Shown here: one piece after another, positions 52,713-64,000 of the stretch
Layout: each line of letters starts with the position of its first letter
Position numbering within the stretch: the first letter of the stretch is position 1
NCBI GenBank assembly: GCA_963514005.1
Contig: OY740803.1
Location: 29,698,001-29,762,000 of the forward strand
Direction of reading: 5' to 3'
Length of the DNA: 64,000 nt
DNA from: Raja brachyura
Lineage: Eukaryota
Translations under genes and position numbers: made by a program
Notes under the pieces: generated by a model
Told to the model about the DNA's origin: nothing
What the model saw: the letters and a program-made list of their open reading frames with translations, nothing else
Databases searched by the model: none

Positions 52713-52824
52713 ATGGTTTGAACGGATGAGTATGTTGGTCATCTTGCTGAACTGTGTCACCCTTGGAATGTTCCAGCCCTGCCAGGACAGCACCTGCGAG
52801 TTAGAACGTTGCAAAATTCTGAAG
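52713..52824 (+). CDS. Internal coding exon of a T-type (Cav3) voltage-gated calcium channel alpha-1 subunit, domain I S1 and S1-S2 loop (CACNA1G/H/I family; paralog unresolved)
   Basis: 112-bp exon; after 1 nt it reads [37 protein letters not shown], matching the Cav3 IS1 motif [23 protein letters not shown]. Preceded by U12 branch point TTCCTTAAC and an AC acceptor; followed by donor GTAAGC at 52825. Ends in phase 0, compatible with the next exon. Confidence 0.96.
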
Positions 52825-55800
52825 GTAAGCTCTTGTCTTTTTGTCTTCAATACCAATGCTCAATAGTGGAAGAGATGAGGCCGGTGGGTTACAATTACCT
52901 CGGGAGATTGAATTCAAATCCAGCCCACATTCATGGACTTAAACCTTCCCCAATATTGATACCCTGCTACGTGCAGATTAACAATTCCTTTATTTCTTCC
53001 TCCCACCCCAAAATAAAATGAGATTGGCTGCTCAGTTCAATTCAGCAGATCTAGTTTCTGACCTGAAGGAGTCAATGGATCAGAGTTTCAGTCAAGACAA
53101 TTGCAGCGCTGCTAACATCCTAAAAGCTTAAGACAACTGTACTTGTTTCACGTCAACAGCATGTGTTGGCTACACGTGAAAAGCAGTGTTCTATTTACAT
53201 CTTCAGTTCTGGGAGCAGAAAATAAGAATCAGATTGGCAGTAAAAGTGTATTTTGTTCATTTCCATACCTCTTCTGTTCCACTGAAGCAATCTAGCACTC
53301 TAATTATAAGTTTTGTCACCGTGCAACTGAACTTCCTTAATTCTGGAGGATGGTAGGCACTGTGGAGGTGCGTGGGCTGCTTTTAATAGTTATGCAGCCT
53401 GAAGAGCCAAACTGACATGGGCTGATTGTTCAATGTTGCCTGTTAACACTGATGAATTTATGAAATTTAAAAACAATACATTGTGGATACTGGCACACTG
53501 AAATTAAAACAAAACGTGCGAGAAACATCCCACATTTGTAGTGAGAGAAAAACAGTGACCATTTCAAATCGGTTAACTTTTGTCAGAATTGGAAGCTTTT
53601 AAGAGGCTTTTGAGAAAGTACTGAGCCAAGGCACAGGAAGTTAGGGAAAGAATAAACATGTGGTTGTTAAGGTGGGGAGCAGCTGTGATTAAATACAAAA
53701 AAAACAACCATGGCGCAAAACAAAACGATTAAAATTGTTTCTAATGAACTCCCATTGAAAACAAGTTGACCATCTCTGTCATTTTAATTAATCGCCATTA
53801 ATGCATGGGGAGCATTGGAGGGAGAACATGTGGTTGGGTTTGGATATTGAAGAAAACTTTTTATTTTAAAGCAATAAAATATGGGCATTGATGCTGCAAA
53901 CGTTCAGAGGGGTATGTTGCAGACCAAAAATAATTTTGACATCAATTGGAAGAGCTCTTTCGAAAGCCTTGTTAAATAGCCATGATGTGTTTGAAAGCAA
54001 TTATGTTTTCATTTTGTACACATTAACATTCAGATTGTCTGTTAGTGTTGTACATTAATAGAACAAGATCAGATCTTCAGTAGATATATCTCCTCATATA
54101 TATTAAAGCTAATGGATTACTAGGCAGTAACACAGAAATTTAATGGATAATATAATGGCACACCCAGTCAATATGCAGGATATTTCCGCCAATTTCCCAC
54201 TTGCTTTGTTACATACCTGAGAGTAAGAGCAAGTGTTCAATACGGAACATAGCCAATGAGGAAGATAAATTAGTAATTCAGAAAGAACAAAGAAGACAAC
54301 CAGGTTTACTTTCATTTAGTGCCAGATTCTGGGATAAAGGTAAACAAGTGGATCGTAAGTTTAAAATGTAGTTGATTTATAGGTTTCTGGAAGGGAATGG
54401 TTTAGGCTAAGGGACTTTCTGCTGAATTTTCATTTTGAAATAAAAAGGATGCTCATTAAGAAGAGGTGGCTATCAGTTGGGAAGAGAGTAAATTTCACCA
54501 GAACATTAATCATAGGAAGACATATGAAAAGAACATTACTGTCAACTCACAAATCTCTCATGTGTACAATAATGTGTTATCCCATGTGTACAATAATTGG
54601 TCCCTAGATTTACCTTCTTCCATAAACGACCCAGTGCAGCCCAGAATGGTTAAAAATGAACCATCTGGTGCAATCTTCCCAAGCTGGAGTCGCGATGGTT
54701 GGTGGCCACAGGCTGGATTAAGCCAAAACTGTGGCCTGCTCAGTAGAGGGCATGCGTCAGAGTCTAATATGTGGTTTGGGCTGCTGGAAACACAATATAG
54801 ATAAATGAATGTTTTGAGCGGGGAGGGGAATTGGAAGGATCTTGACAATGATTAATGGATGGCTTAGGTTGGAGAGGTGGAGATCTAAGGGAATCTGGCA
54901 CTGGTGGGCTGGACAGTAGTCGGTGATGAAGATTTACTAGGATCTCGGCACCAGAGGATGGATTGAGGAAGGTATGTAGATTGGAGTGAGGCTAGTATTT
55001 GTGGATTGATGGATGATTTTCAGGAAAGGGCTGATGTTCAGAGTGGAGGTGGCTGAATTAAAGCCTAGGATTGAGGGGCTAATGGTAATGTGACTGCGGA
55101 ATAGGATCTGGAGATTAGTGGATTGAGCTGGAATCAATGCAATGCTGAGAAGAATAATTTGAAAAATGCAAGGCAAGCAACTGTCCCAATCCTGTACCTC
55201 ATCCGGAAGACAAGGATGTTGCAGATTACCTAACGATAACACCTCCCAACTTAAAAATTTCTTGCATTACTCCAAAGTCTATTGTCTCGGGAATGTCATC
55301 ATCCATGCATCTCCAAAATAGAAATAGTATCAGGGAACAATCAACACATTTTCTGATGGTGTTTTTACATTTCATGTCGAGATAACTCTCTTTTCAATTG
55401 AATAATGGTGAAAAAAAAAGTTACACAATTGAATTTCTTGAGTGTACATCTTGTCAAAGGAATCATAAAATCATACAAAGGTTACAACACTTGATAGAGC
55501 AACATGGCTTTATTCCCCTTTATTCCACAACTGGACATTACAGCTCTTCAAGTACACATTTTGTACTGTGTAAAAAGGGTTACATTCAGGCTGTGTAACC
55601 CTCCAAGCCCCAATCTCCCCTGAGTAAAAACCTTTTCCTCAACTACCCTCTAATACTTTCATTAATTGTTTATGTCCCTGGCCAATGGTTCAGACCTCTG
55701 TAAGATAAATGACTTCTCCAAATTCAGGTTCCATCTGCCCCTCCGCTCTCCCTTTTCCTTTTTTTATTTATCAGCTTTCAGTTCTGGTAACTTTGTGTCC

Positions 55801-56041
55801 ACACATCACCCTCCAGCAACTGTCTCCATCTTTACCATTCCTTCCCCTTCACCCCACATACCCACCTGGTTCCATCTACCTTGTCCACTTCCATCTATTA
55901 CCCATCATCCCCCTCCCTACTGGTTTCAACTGCCCATTATCCTTCTCCCCTCCTCCACGCACTTATCACTTCCCAGCCCCTGTCTCAATCCTCTACCTCT
56001 CCCCCTTATACTGGTTCTCATTCCTCATTACACCCAGTGTG

Positions 56042-56352
56042 GTTTAGTTTAGAGATACAGCATGGAAACAGGCCCTTCGGCCCACTGAGTCTGCACCGAC
56101 CAGCGATCCCCACACACTAACACTATCCTACACACACTAGGAACACTTCACACTTATATCAAACCAATTTATCTACATTCCTGTACGTCTTTGGAGTGTG
56201 GGAAGTAACTGAAGATCTCGGATAAAGCCCATGCAGGTCAAGGGGAGAACGGACAAACTCCCTACAGATGGCATCCATAGTCAGGACCGAACCAGGGTCT
56301 CTGGTGCTGCAAGCGCTGTAAGGCAGCAATGCTATCGCTGCACCACAGTGCC
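56042..56352 (-). mobile_element. HE1-like SINE
   Basis: Reverse complement of the same family; an older related SINE follows on + (~56410-56700). Confidence 0.88.
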
Positions 56353-57889
56353 ATCCGTTGATGTAGGGTCTTGACCCAAACATCAACAATACATTTGAGG
56401 ATCTGTGGGCAGCACTATCCGTGCTACTGTCTTCCAGCTCCAAGGACCCAGGTTCACCTGCAAGAGCTGTCAGTGAAACTTGCACATTTTCCCTGTGACC
56501 ATGTGTGTTTATCAGGTACTCTGGTTTCTCCCAGCATCTCAAGGACATGCTTATGGATTAATTGGCTACTGTAAATTGCCTCAAGCCCAGGAGGGTGGCA
56601 AGAGAATCAAGGAGTGTGGGGTAGTTGATGGACATAGATATAATAAATTACAGGGAAATAAGTGGGGAGTATGTCAAACCTAGTGACCTGAATGGCCTCC
56701 TATACATATGAAAGAGAGAATATATTATTCCCAAACTTTTCTGCATCCTTTTAACATCCTCCCAATGTTGTATCATAATTTGCATTAAATGGAGTCAGTC
56801 AGCAAAGAAACAGTTTATTGAGCCCACCTTAACCATCAAGCACACATTAACACCACTCTACATTAAACCCATGTCAATCCCCCACATTCCCATCAAGTTC
56901 CACCAGACTACTCACCTACACACTAGGGGCGATTAACAATGGTCAATTAACTTGTTAACCAGCACTACTTTGGGGCATGATAGGAAGCCGAAGCAGTTGC
57001 GAGAAACCACATGGACATAGCAAGAATGTGTAACTTCCACATAGGCAGGTCAGGATCAAACCTGGATCACTGGGGTTGTCAAAATTCAAGAGAGTCAAGA
57101 TTGCTTAATTGTCACCGGGAACAGAACACTAGAAGTTGTGAGGCAGCACCTTTGTTAATCTCCCCAAACATTTATAATTTCCCCAACTAATTTTTCTCTG
57201 GATTAAGTTCAATGTGCACTTTCAGCTTGCCTATCATCTTTCTACTTTGTATTTGGCTATTTCATTCTAAAAATAAGATGGCAGGACTTTCATTTATTAA
57301 ATCACAGAAGAATCTGAATGTTATTATTCACCAGTTAAATTGCATTTGATAGAGATCAAACCTTAATACATTTCTTGACTTTTCTTAAGAACTGAAAATA
57401 CAAGATTTTGTCATTGATATTAAATCAAGGTAAAATATTCTGTATCCAATTGTTAATCAATACGACAAAAACATTTAAATATTATTTGTTAAGTTAAAAA
57501 AACATTATTGGGAGAATTGCGCAAAGTCAGAATCACTTAAGTCAGATCTTGTCAGAAGGACACAAAGTGCTGGAGTAACTCAGCAGATCAGACAGCATCT
57601 CTGGAGAACTTGGACAGGCGACATTTCGGGTTGAGACCTTTTCCATCACTTGAATTTATTAAGAACCTCTGTGACCCTTGCTCATACGGATCATGTGCTA
57701 ATTGTTGGATTGTTTAATATTACTTTTCTGGCTGCGAACAACCAGCATTCAGTGCAAATTTAACATATTTGTTGTATTCATTTTATCCTTGCTTTGAACT
57801 TCAAGTAGGCTTTTCTCCCTTAGAAAACTACGTTCCCTCCTATTTCCTTGATTTTCTGAATAAGGCGAGTCAAATAAAACCTTCCCCAC

Positions 57890-58690
57890 ATATCTACGTG
57901 TCTATCGAAAAACCAGTATTGTATCTGCCTCAACCACCATCCCTGGCAGAGCTTTCCAGGCACCCACCACCTTCCATGTAAAAAAGCATACCCCACACAT
58001 CTCCTTTAAACTTTTCCCCTTAAAGCTATGCCCTCTAATATTTGATGTTGCAATCCTGAGAGAAAGGTTCTGATGCCCCAGAGAAAACAATCCAAGCCTG
58101 TCCAACCTCTCCTTGTAGATAATACCCTCTAATCTAGGCATCAATCTGGTAAAGCTACTCTGCACCATTCCCAAAGCTCTCAATTCCTTCCTCTATTGGG
58201 GTGACCAGAACTGCACACAACACTCTAAATGTAGCCTAACCAAAGTCTTATAACGCTAAATCATGAACTCCTAACTCTTATACTGAATGCCTCGACCAAT
58301 GAGAACAAGCCTATTATAAGTCTTTCTTCCAGCAGAATTAGGCCATTCAGCCCATGATGATTGCTCTGCCGTTCGATCATGGCAGCTCTATTTTTCCCTC
58401 TCAACCATGTTCTCCTGCCTTCTCTCCATAACCTTTGACACCCTTACTAATTAAGAAGCTATCCATCTCCCCTTTAAAAATATCCATGACTTGGCCTCTG
58501 CCGTCTGTGACAATGAGTTCCACAGATTCACCACTCTATGGCTAAAGAAATTCCTCCTCATCTCCATTCCGAAGGTACGTTCTTTTATTCTGAGGCTGTG
58601 CCCTCTGATCCTAGACTCTCGCACTACTGAATACATCCTCTCCACATCCATTTTATCTAGGCCTTTCATTATTCATTAGGTTTCAATAGG
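57890..58690 (-). mobile_element. Two adjacent CR1 LINE 3' fragments
   Basis: ORFs 57902-58183 (YKERLDRLGLFSL...RGHSFKG) and 58451-58669 (ESRIRGHSLRIK...RVVNLWNSL). Confidence 0.85.
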
Positions 58691-60096
58691 CCCATCAGCT
58701 ACTTATGCCTGTGCTGCAATTCAATATGATCCTGGCCGAACTACCCCAGGACTCTATTCCTTTCTGTTCCAGTCACCAATAGGCAGGAGAATAACGTTGA
58801 GCGAGAAAAATAGAGCAGCCATGATCGAATGGCAGAACAAACTTGATGGGCCGAAAGGCCTAATTCTATCTCCTGAACTTTCAAATCTCCTGATTGGGGC
58901 AACTGATTTCCATTCCTGGAGGGTTCAACACATGTGCTTCCACCCCCAAACAACTCCCTCAAATAAACAGCTGCCCTTTGCCCCATACTGGATATTTTTA
59001 TAACTAATATACACAAGTGCTCAAAGAAAATAAAGCAGACACACAAGTCAGAAGAAGGTTTCTGACCCAAAACGTCACCTATCCATCTTCTCCAGGGACG
59101 CTGCCTGACCTGTTCTGTTACACTAGCATTTTGTGTCTTTCTTTGGTGAACCAGCATCTGTAGTTCCTTGTTTCCACATAACTATATTTAATTGCCGCTG
59201 TGATTGCCCCCACAGTATGTTTCCCACAGCAGGATCAGAGAGGCTAAGCAGTCATCCAGAAAGCCCGAGGGCAATCATAGAGTGTTGGCATCCCTGAATG
59301 CAGTTTGTCACAAACTTAATTTCATTCAAGAGATCTTTTCCTTCTCAATCTCCTGAGTACAAAAAGCAGATTTGAGATTTTTTTTTAATGGAAGGCTGAC
59401 ATCCGTGACAGCCATTGGAAGATTAAGCTTCAGCAGATTATTCCACTTTTCCAGGTGTTTACCGTATGATGCATTACTATATTAGAGTGGAGAGATTTTT
59501 GAATTGAATTTAGAGCCATTGCTATTTTTTAATTCTCCACGCTTCTGTCTGTCAACCACCACACTGCAGAAAATGTTGAGAGATGAAGACCATTCCTATT
59601 AAATCTTTTTTTTTCTGATTAGATTTAGCACAGGTTGATCTGCATTGTTGTGAGTGATTCCTGTAGGCATCAGGTTTTGCCTGAACTGCAATTTGAAGCA
59701 GTTTGTTATTCCGTTTGGGTATGATGAGCAAATTTCAGCTGTTCAAATTGGACAGCCAGTGAGTAACTAAAGATTGTAAAGACTGGCACAGTGTGAGTGC
59801 CTCGTCAGTAGATATCACTCGGAAGATCTAATTGGCTTTGAAATCCTAACGACTGCCAAATACATCGCAGATTGTAATTTTGACTTGTTTCAATTAGACC
59901 CATTGATTGTCCAATCCCTTACCCAAATTTGCACCTTGTCCAATGTTCCTATCCACTATTTCCTTCACAAAATATATCTTACCAAACTGGCATTCCACTT
60001 GAGTGGCACTCTGCCCAACTTTACATACCTGTTTATACCACCCAAACAGTCTCTCTTCCAGGAAGCCCCAAGGTTGAGTATTTAATGAAAATGGCA

Positions 60097-60290
60097 AATC
60101 ACAATCACAATAACAATAATACTTTATTAGCCAAGTATGTTTTGCAACATACGAGGAATTTCATTTGCCAAGTCAGTCATACAAATAAAAAGCAACGGAA
60201 CACACAAAACACATTTTAACATAAACATCCATCACATTGACTCCTCCACATTCCTCACTGTGATCGAAGGCGAATAAAAGTTCAATCTCA
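60097..60290 (-). mobile_element. Retroelement 3' tail with ATT/GTT-rich end
   Basis: cacaataacaataatactttattagccaagta; the same junction motif aatactttattagccaagta occurs at ~7470-7522. Confidence 0.55.
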
Positions 60291-60967
60291 AAAAGTTCAA
60301 ACCAGCTGCATTTAGTAGACTTTGGTGGACGGGGGTATTAAGGATTATGTAGCCAAATTGATTAAATGGGGGCAGAAGAAACTACGGATGCTGGAATCTT
60401 GAGCAAAAAAATATCAGTCTCAAGAAAGATCCCAATCTAAAACATTAGTCTAACTGTTCCCTCCACAGATGTTACCCAACCTGCTGAGATCCTACTGCAT
60501 TTTGCTTTTTGAACAAATAGAGAAAAGGTATAAATCAAAAATAAACCAGTTGATTGGTGGAATGGTCTAAGTGTGCAGAATGGCCAATTCATGTTCTTAT
60601 GTTTTAACACTCAGACATTGCAACTTTTTGATGCAATGAAGAATATAAATCGCAGCTTGTGACAGGCAGCTTTCTAACTAATCAAAAATTGTCTGCATCT
60701 TTAAAGTTTAATTCAGGACTCGCAGTGAAGGAGATGAATTAATTGAGGAAGAGTCTGATTCAAGGCTGAATAGATGACAGTGGTGCCATTACCATTACAG
60801 CATAAATACCTCTGCAATGCGTGGGGTTTTTTGGTTGCCCTCTGACAGGCTGTGAGATCCTATCCCGTGAATATCAGATCTCTCATAGTAGTTGGCAGAA
60901 GCATCCTGAAGCTCCTGCTTAAGCTTCACTCAAGCATGACATACTGACTGGTAATTCTGTCTTTTAG

Positions 60968-61101
60968 GGATTTGATGATTTCATCTTTGCATTCTTTGCT
61001 GTGGAGATGATTGCCAAGATGATTGCGCTGGGTATCTTTGGACCAAAATGTTACCTCGGTGACACTTGGAACCGTCTCGATTTTTTCATTGTTGTTGCTG
61101 G
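60968..61101 (+). CDS. Next coding exon of the same Cav3 channel, domain I S2-S3
   Basis: 134-bp exon after acceptor tctgtcttttAG; reads [44 protein letters not shown](G), with the diagnostic [15 protein letters not shown] motif; donor GTAAGT at 61102; in frame with 52713-52824. Confidence 0.97.
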
Positions 61102-61779
61102 GTAAGTTCTCAGTTATTTTTCTGTCCTGTGCCATTTGTTAATTTAGTGCACTCGAGAATTGTTTAGATAATGGAGGCGCTGTGAAGATTATTGCAGTAC
61201 AGAGTCATGGAATCGTAGAATCATACTGCATGCAAACAGATTTGGCCCAACTCATTCACGCTGAGCACTGGGCATTCTTCCATGTCTAGAAATATTCAGT
61301 TGTATATTATGGAAACAGGCCATTTGGCCCAACTCATCAGAGAGTCACGCAGCACAGAAACACACCCTTTGTCCACCATTTCCATACTGACCATCAAGTA
61401 ACCATTTAAACTCATCCCTTTACCAGCACTTGGTCAGTGGCTTTTCATATCTTGGCAATTCAAGTTCTTGCCTAAATACTTGTTAAATTCTGAGATTACC
61501 TGCCTCCACCATTACTCAGGCATTGCATTCCTGATTTCCATTGCACTCTGGGGAGAAAATAAATCCTCCTCGGATTCCCTGTAAATCTTTTGACTTAACA
61601 TTCTATCGTCAACCTATATCCTTTAATTTCAAAACTCTCTACTATGGAGAAAGGCTTTCTAGCACCTATGTCTTCCCCTCATATTTTGGTACACCTCTAT
61701 CAGATCCCTCCTTAGCTTCCTTTGTTTCAAGAAAAACAAACACAGACTATTCAATACCTCCTCATATCTGAACCTTTCA

Positions 61780-62225
61780 GAGTTATGGATGTAGCCCAGT
61801 CCAACACACAGACCAGCCTCCCCTTCATCAACTCCATGTATACTTCACCCTGCTTAAGAAAAGTCAACATAATCAAGGATCATCTTACCCTGGTTATTCC
61901 TTCATCCTCCCTCTCCTGTTCAGGCAGAAGATACAAAACAAAAGCTTGTAGATTCAGAAAGAGCTTCTGCCTCGCTGTTAACAGACGACTAAACAGTCCT
62001 CCCATAAGCTAGTACTGACCTTCCAATCTACCTTATTGTGGATCTTGATCTCCGTAAATGTAACACTATAATGTTATAACATTATATTCAGCACTCTGAT
62101 ATATATTTTTTCCTTTGCACTACCTGTTGCGCAAGAATTGGTTGTATTCATGTATAGGATGATTTGACTGGATAAAATCCACAATGAAAGCTTTTCACTA
62201 TATCTCGGTTTACGTGACAATAATA
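61780..62225 (+). mobile_element. Rex/Babar-like LINE 3' fragment
   Basis: cagagttatggatgtagcccagtcc, ccctcccttcatcaactccat, 3' end aaagcttttcactatatctcggtttacgtgacaata (a similar tail occurs at ~8095-8130 and ~37270-37305). Confidence 0.65.
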
Positions 62226-62746
62226 CTACAATACCAAAATACATTCCAACCCAGGCATGAGGGTTGTAAATCTTCTCTGCATCATCTCCAGTGCAATCAC
62301 CTCCTTCCGATAGTGTGGTCGTCAAAACTCCAACTGTGAAAAGATAATTTTATATAAGAAGCAAGCAACTCCAAATGGTGCTTTATGCAAAAAGAGGCAT
62401 ATTGTGCTTGAGTAACTCAATTGGTTCCTTCAAAAGGTCTCTCTGAAGAAGGGTCCCGATGCAAAAGTTCACCTATACATGTTCTCCAGTGGTGTTGTCT
62501 GACTCGCTGAGTTACTCCAGCACTTTGCCTCCAGAACTTTGTGCAAGGAGTGAAGATTCTCCACAGCTACCTGCTCAATTCCAACTCTAACCTCCCATAA
62601 GCACCCCCTCCAGTCCTGCTTGACTGGCTCATTCTGCTGTATGTAATCAAAGTAGTGTGACTTGTTCCTGGAAGAGCCAAGTAGACATTTCTTCACTCAG
62701 AGGGTGATGAACCTGGAATTCTTGACATCAGTGGGTTACTGAGGCT

Positions 62747-62888
62747 TCTTCTTCTTCTTGCGTATGGCGTGCACAGCCTAAAGTTGCAGGATAACTTGTT
62801 CTATTTGATCTTACTTGATTGTGCACGCCAGGTTGATTGCATTCGTCGAAACAGGGCGGACCATGTGAAGGTTGCAATCTCCCACCCC
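62747..62888 (-). mobile_element. 142-bp non-autonomous retroelement (ribozyme-headed SINE/SIDE-like) with (AAG)n tail
   Basis: Flanked by 12-bp TSD gtt(a/g)ctgaggct (62735-62746 / 62889-62900); (AAG)n 3' tail; internal 11-bp stem TGGCGTGCACA/TGTGCACGCCA (62765-62775 / 62820-62830); inserted into a CR1 remnant. Confidence 0.8.
62835..62888 (-). ncRNA. Predicted minimal HDV-like self-cleaving ribozyme (54 nt)
   Basis: Minus strand GGGGTGG-GA-GATTGCA-ACC-TTCACAT-GGT-CCGCCCT-GT-TTCGA-C-GAA-TGCAATC. P1 GGGGUGG/CCGCCCU with G1-U wobble, P2 GAUUGCA/UGCAAUC, P3 ACC/GGU, 7-nt L3, J4/2 C-GAA (catalytic C equivalent at 62845), P4 almost absent. Fold assigned manually; activity untested. Confidence 0.78.
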
Positions 62889-64000
62889 GTTGCTGAGGCT
62901 CAAGCATTGCTAAATTCTGGGAACTAAACGAGGTCTCAACACCCCCCTCCCATTTCACCCAGCTGTTCTGTGGTCTTTGCAGCTTGCTATGCCTGCTTTG
63001 ATTTGTCACCTCCCAACTCCACACATCTCCTTGTGGGTTTCTCCAATCACCATGACCACTCGCCCTATTGTCATTCTAATCCTCTCTTGAAGAATATTCC
63101 GTGATCAAGCCTGTTTTTACTCCTTGATCTCATTCCATTCCACCTGCCAAAAATGCAGCTCTTGAATAATTTCCACCCTCCCACAAAACAAAATTAAAGA
63201 ATGTAGCCTGACATTACATTGTTAAAAGTCTTTATTGTTGTCGACATTTGTGATATCTTGGACACAGTATAAAGCACCTGGTTTTACGTCATTCACCTCC
63301 GTATATTTCTACTCACTCAGGGGCTGCCTTTGAGTTTGCAGATTAATTGCAGTTGAAATGCATGTCAGCAAAGATTTAATAGATTGCAGGAATAAGATAA
63401 AAAACATTTAAATGGTGTTAATCTTATGTTAAATGCACAACCCATTTTTAGTTGGCAATGCATTGGAGGCTGGAATTTTTTTCATATAGAAGGAATGCTT
63501 TTATGCGGTCTGTTTTAGTTTTCATACAGGTCCTACATCAATATCAGGTCTAAACAATGGAACTCCCTATTAAACTACACTGTGGGAGTGAAATCATCAG
63601 ATGAACTGCAGCAGTCCTCCTTGTACATGATGTCCTTATGCACTGAGGTTACCAGGCTTGTACCGGCGATTTCAATAGTGTTCAAGAGACCTTATGGAAT
63701 TTGTTTTGCATGCTTGAGGCTCACAACAATGCAAGCATCATATCAAAGCAAAAGCTTGAATTCAGAGTTGACACCAACTTTGTATTACTTAAAATAAAAC
63801 ATGCTTGCCTGGACTGACGTCAGAGTGCCTGTGGTATCAAGCTTCTCACAGGTAGATTCTATACAAGTTGCTTTCTTGGCGCTCACTCCAAACCACAATC
63901 TTTTCCTCAACCCCTCACAGCCAGTCTTCAGGGATGCTGTTCATAAATCTGACCACCATCCTGCCACAAAGGACCCAGCAACAATCCCTGTGGTACACCA

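Noticed and set aside
54780-55242. 101-aa ORF, possible ancient L2 endonuclease remnant
   Set aside because: Too degenerate to support a call by eye.
61102-64000. Next Cav3 exon (expected MxEYSLD...RVLRPLRAINR)
   Set aside because: No matching reading frame found; it presumably lies beyond the window.

Overview
Eukaryotic, repeat-rich vertebrate DNA; the repeat content (HE1/V-type SINEs, CR1/HER1-like LINEs) points to a cartilaginous fish such as a skate or ray (inference). The whole window appears to lie inside a + strand T-type voltage-gated calcium channel gene (Cav3, CACNA1G/H/I family). Only two coding exons are present: 52713-52824 (domain I S1) and 60968-61101 (domain I S2-S3). The first is preceded by a minor-spliceosome (U12) AC acceptor with a canonical branch point, so the upstream AT-AC intron seems to exceed 52 kb. 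The rest is intronic: decayed CR1 and Rex/Babar LINEs, tRNA-derived SINEs, three Harbinger-like MITEs and a non-autonomous Helitron with a 48-bp minisatellite. The most interesting signals are ribozyme-bearing retroelements. (1) A 142-bp TSD-flanked element at 62747-62888 (-) starts exactly at G1 of a compact HDV-like ribozyme fold. (2) An abundant ~130-bp Penelope-type repeat carries a minimal hammerhead core and often inserts as fold-back pairs with 10-18-bp TSDs. One such insertion (41437-42071) carries ~400 bp of flanking DNA apparently copied from a donor at ~50.2-50.7 kb. The supplied ORFs are mostly spurious or TE remnants, and they miss the real exons. All calls were made by eye, and TE boundaries are approximate.
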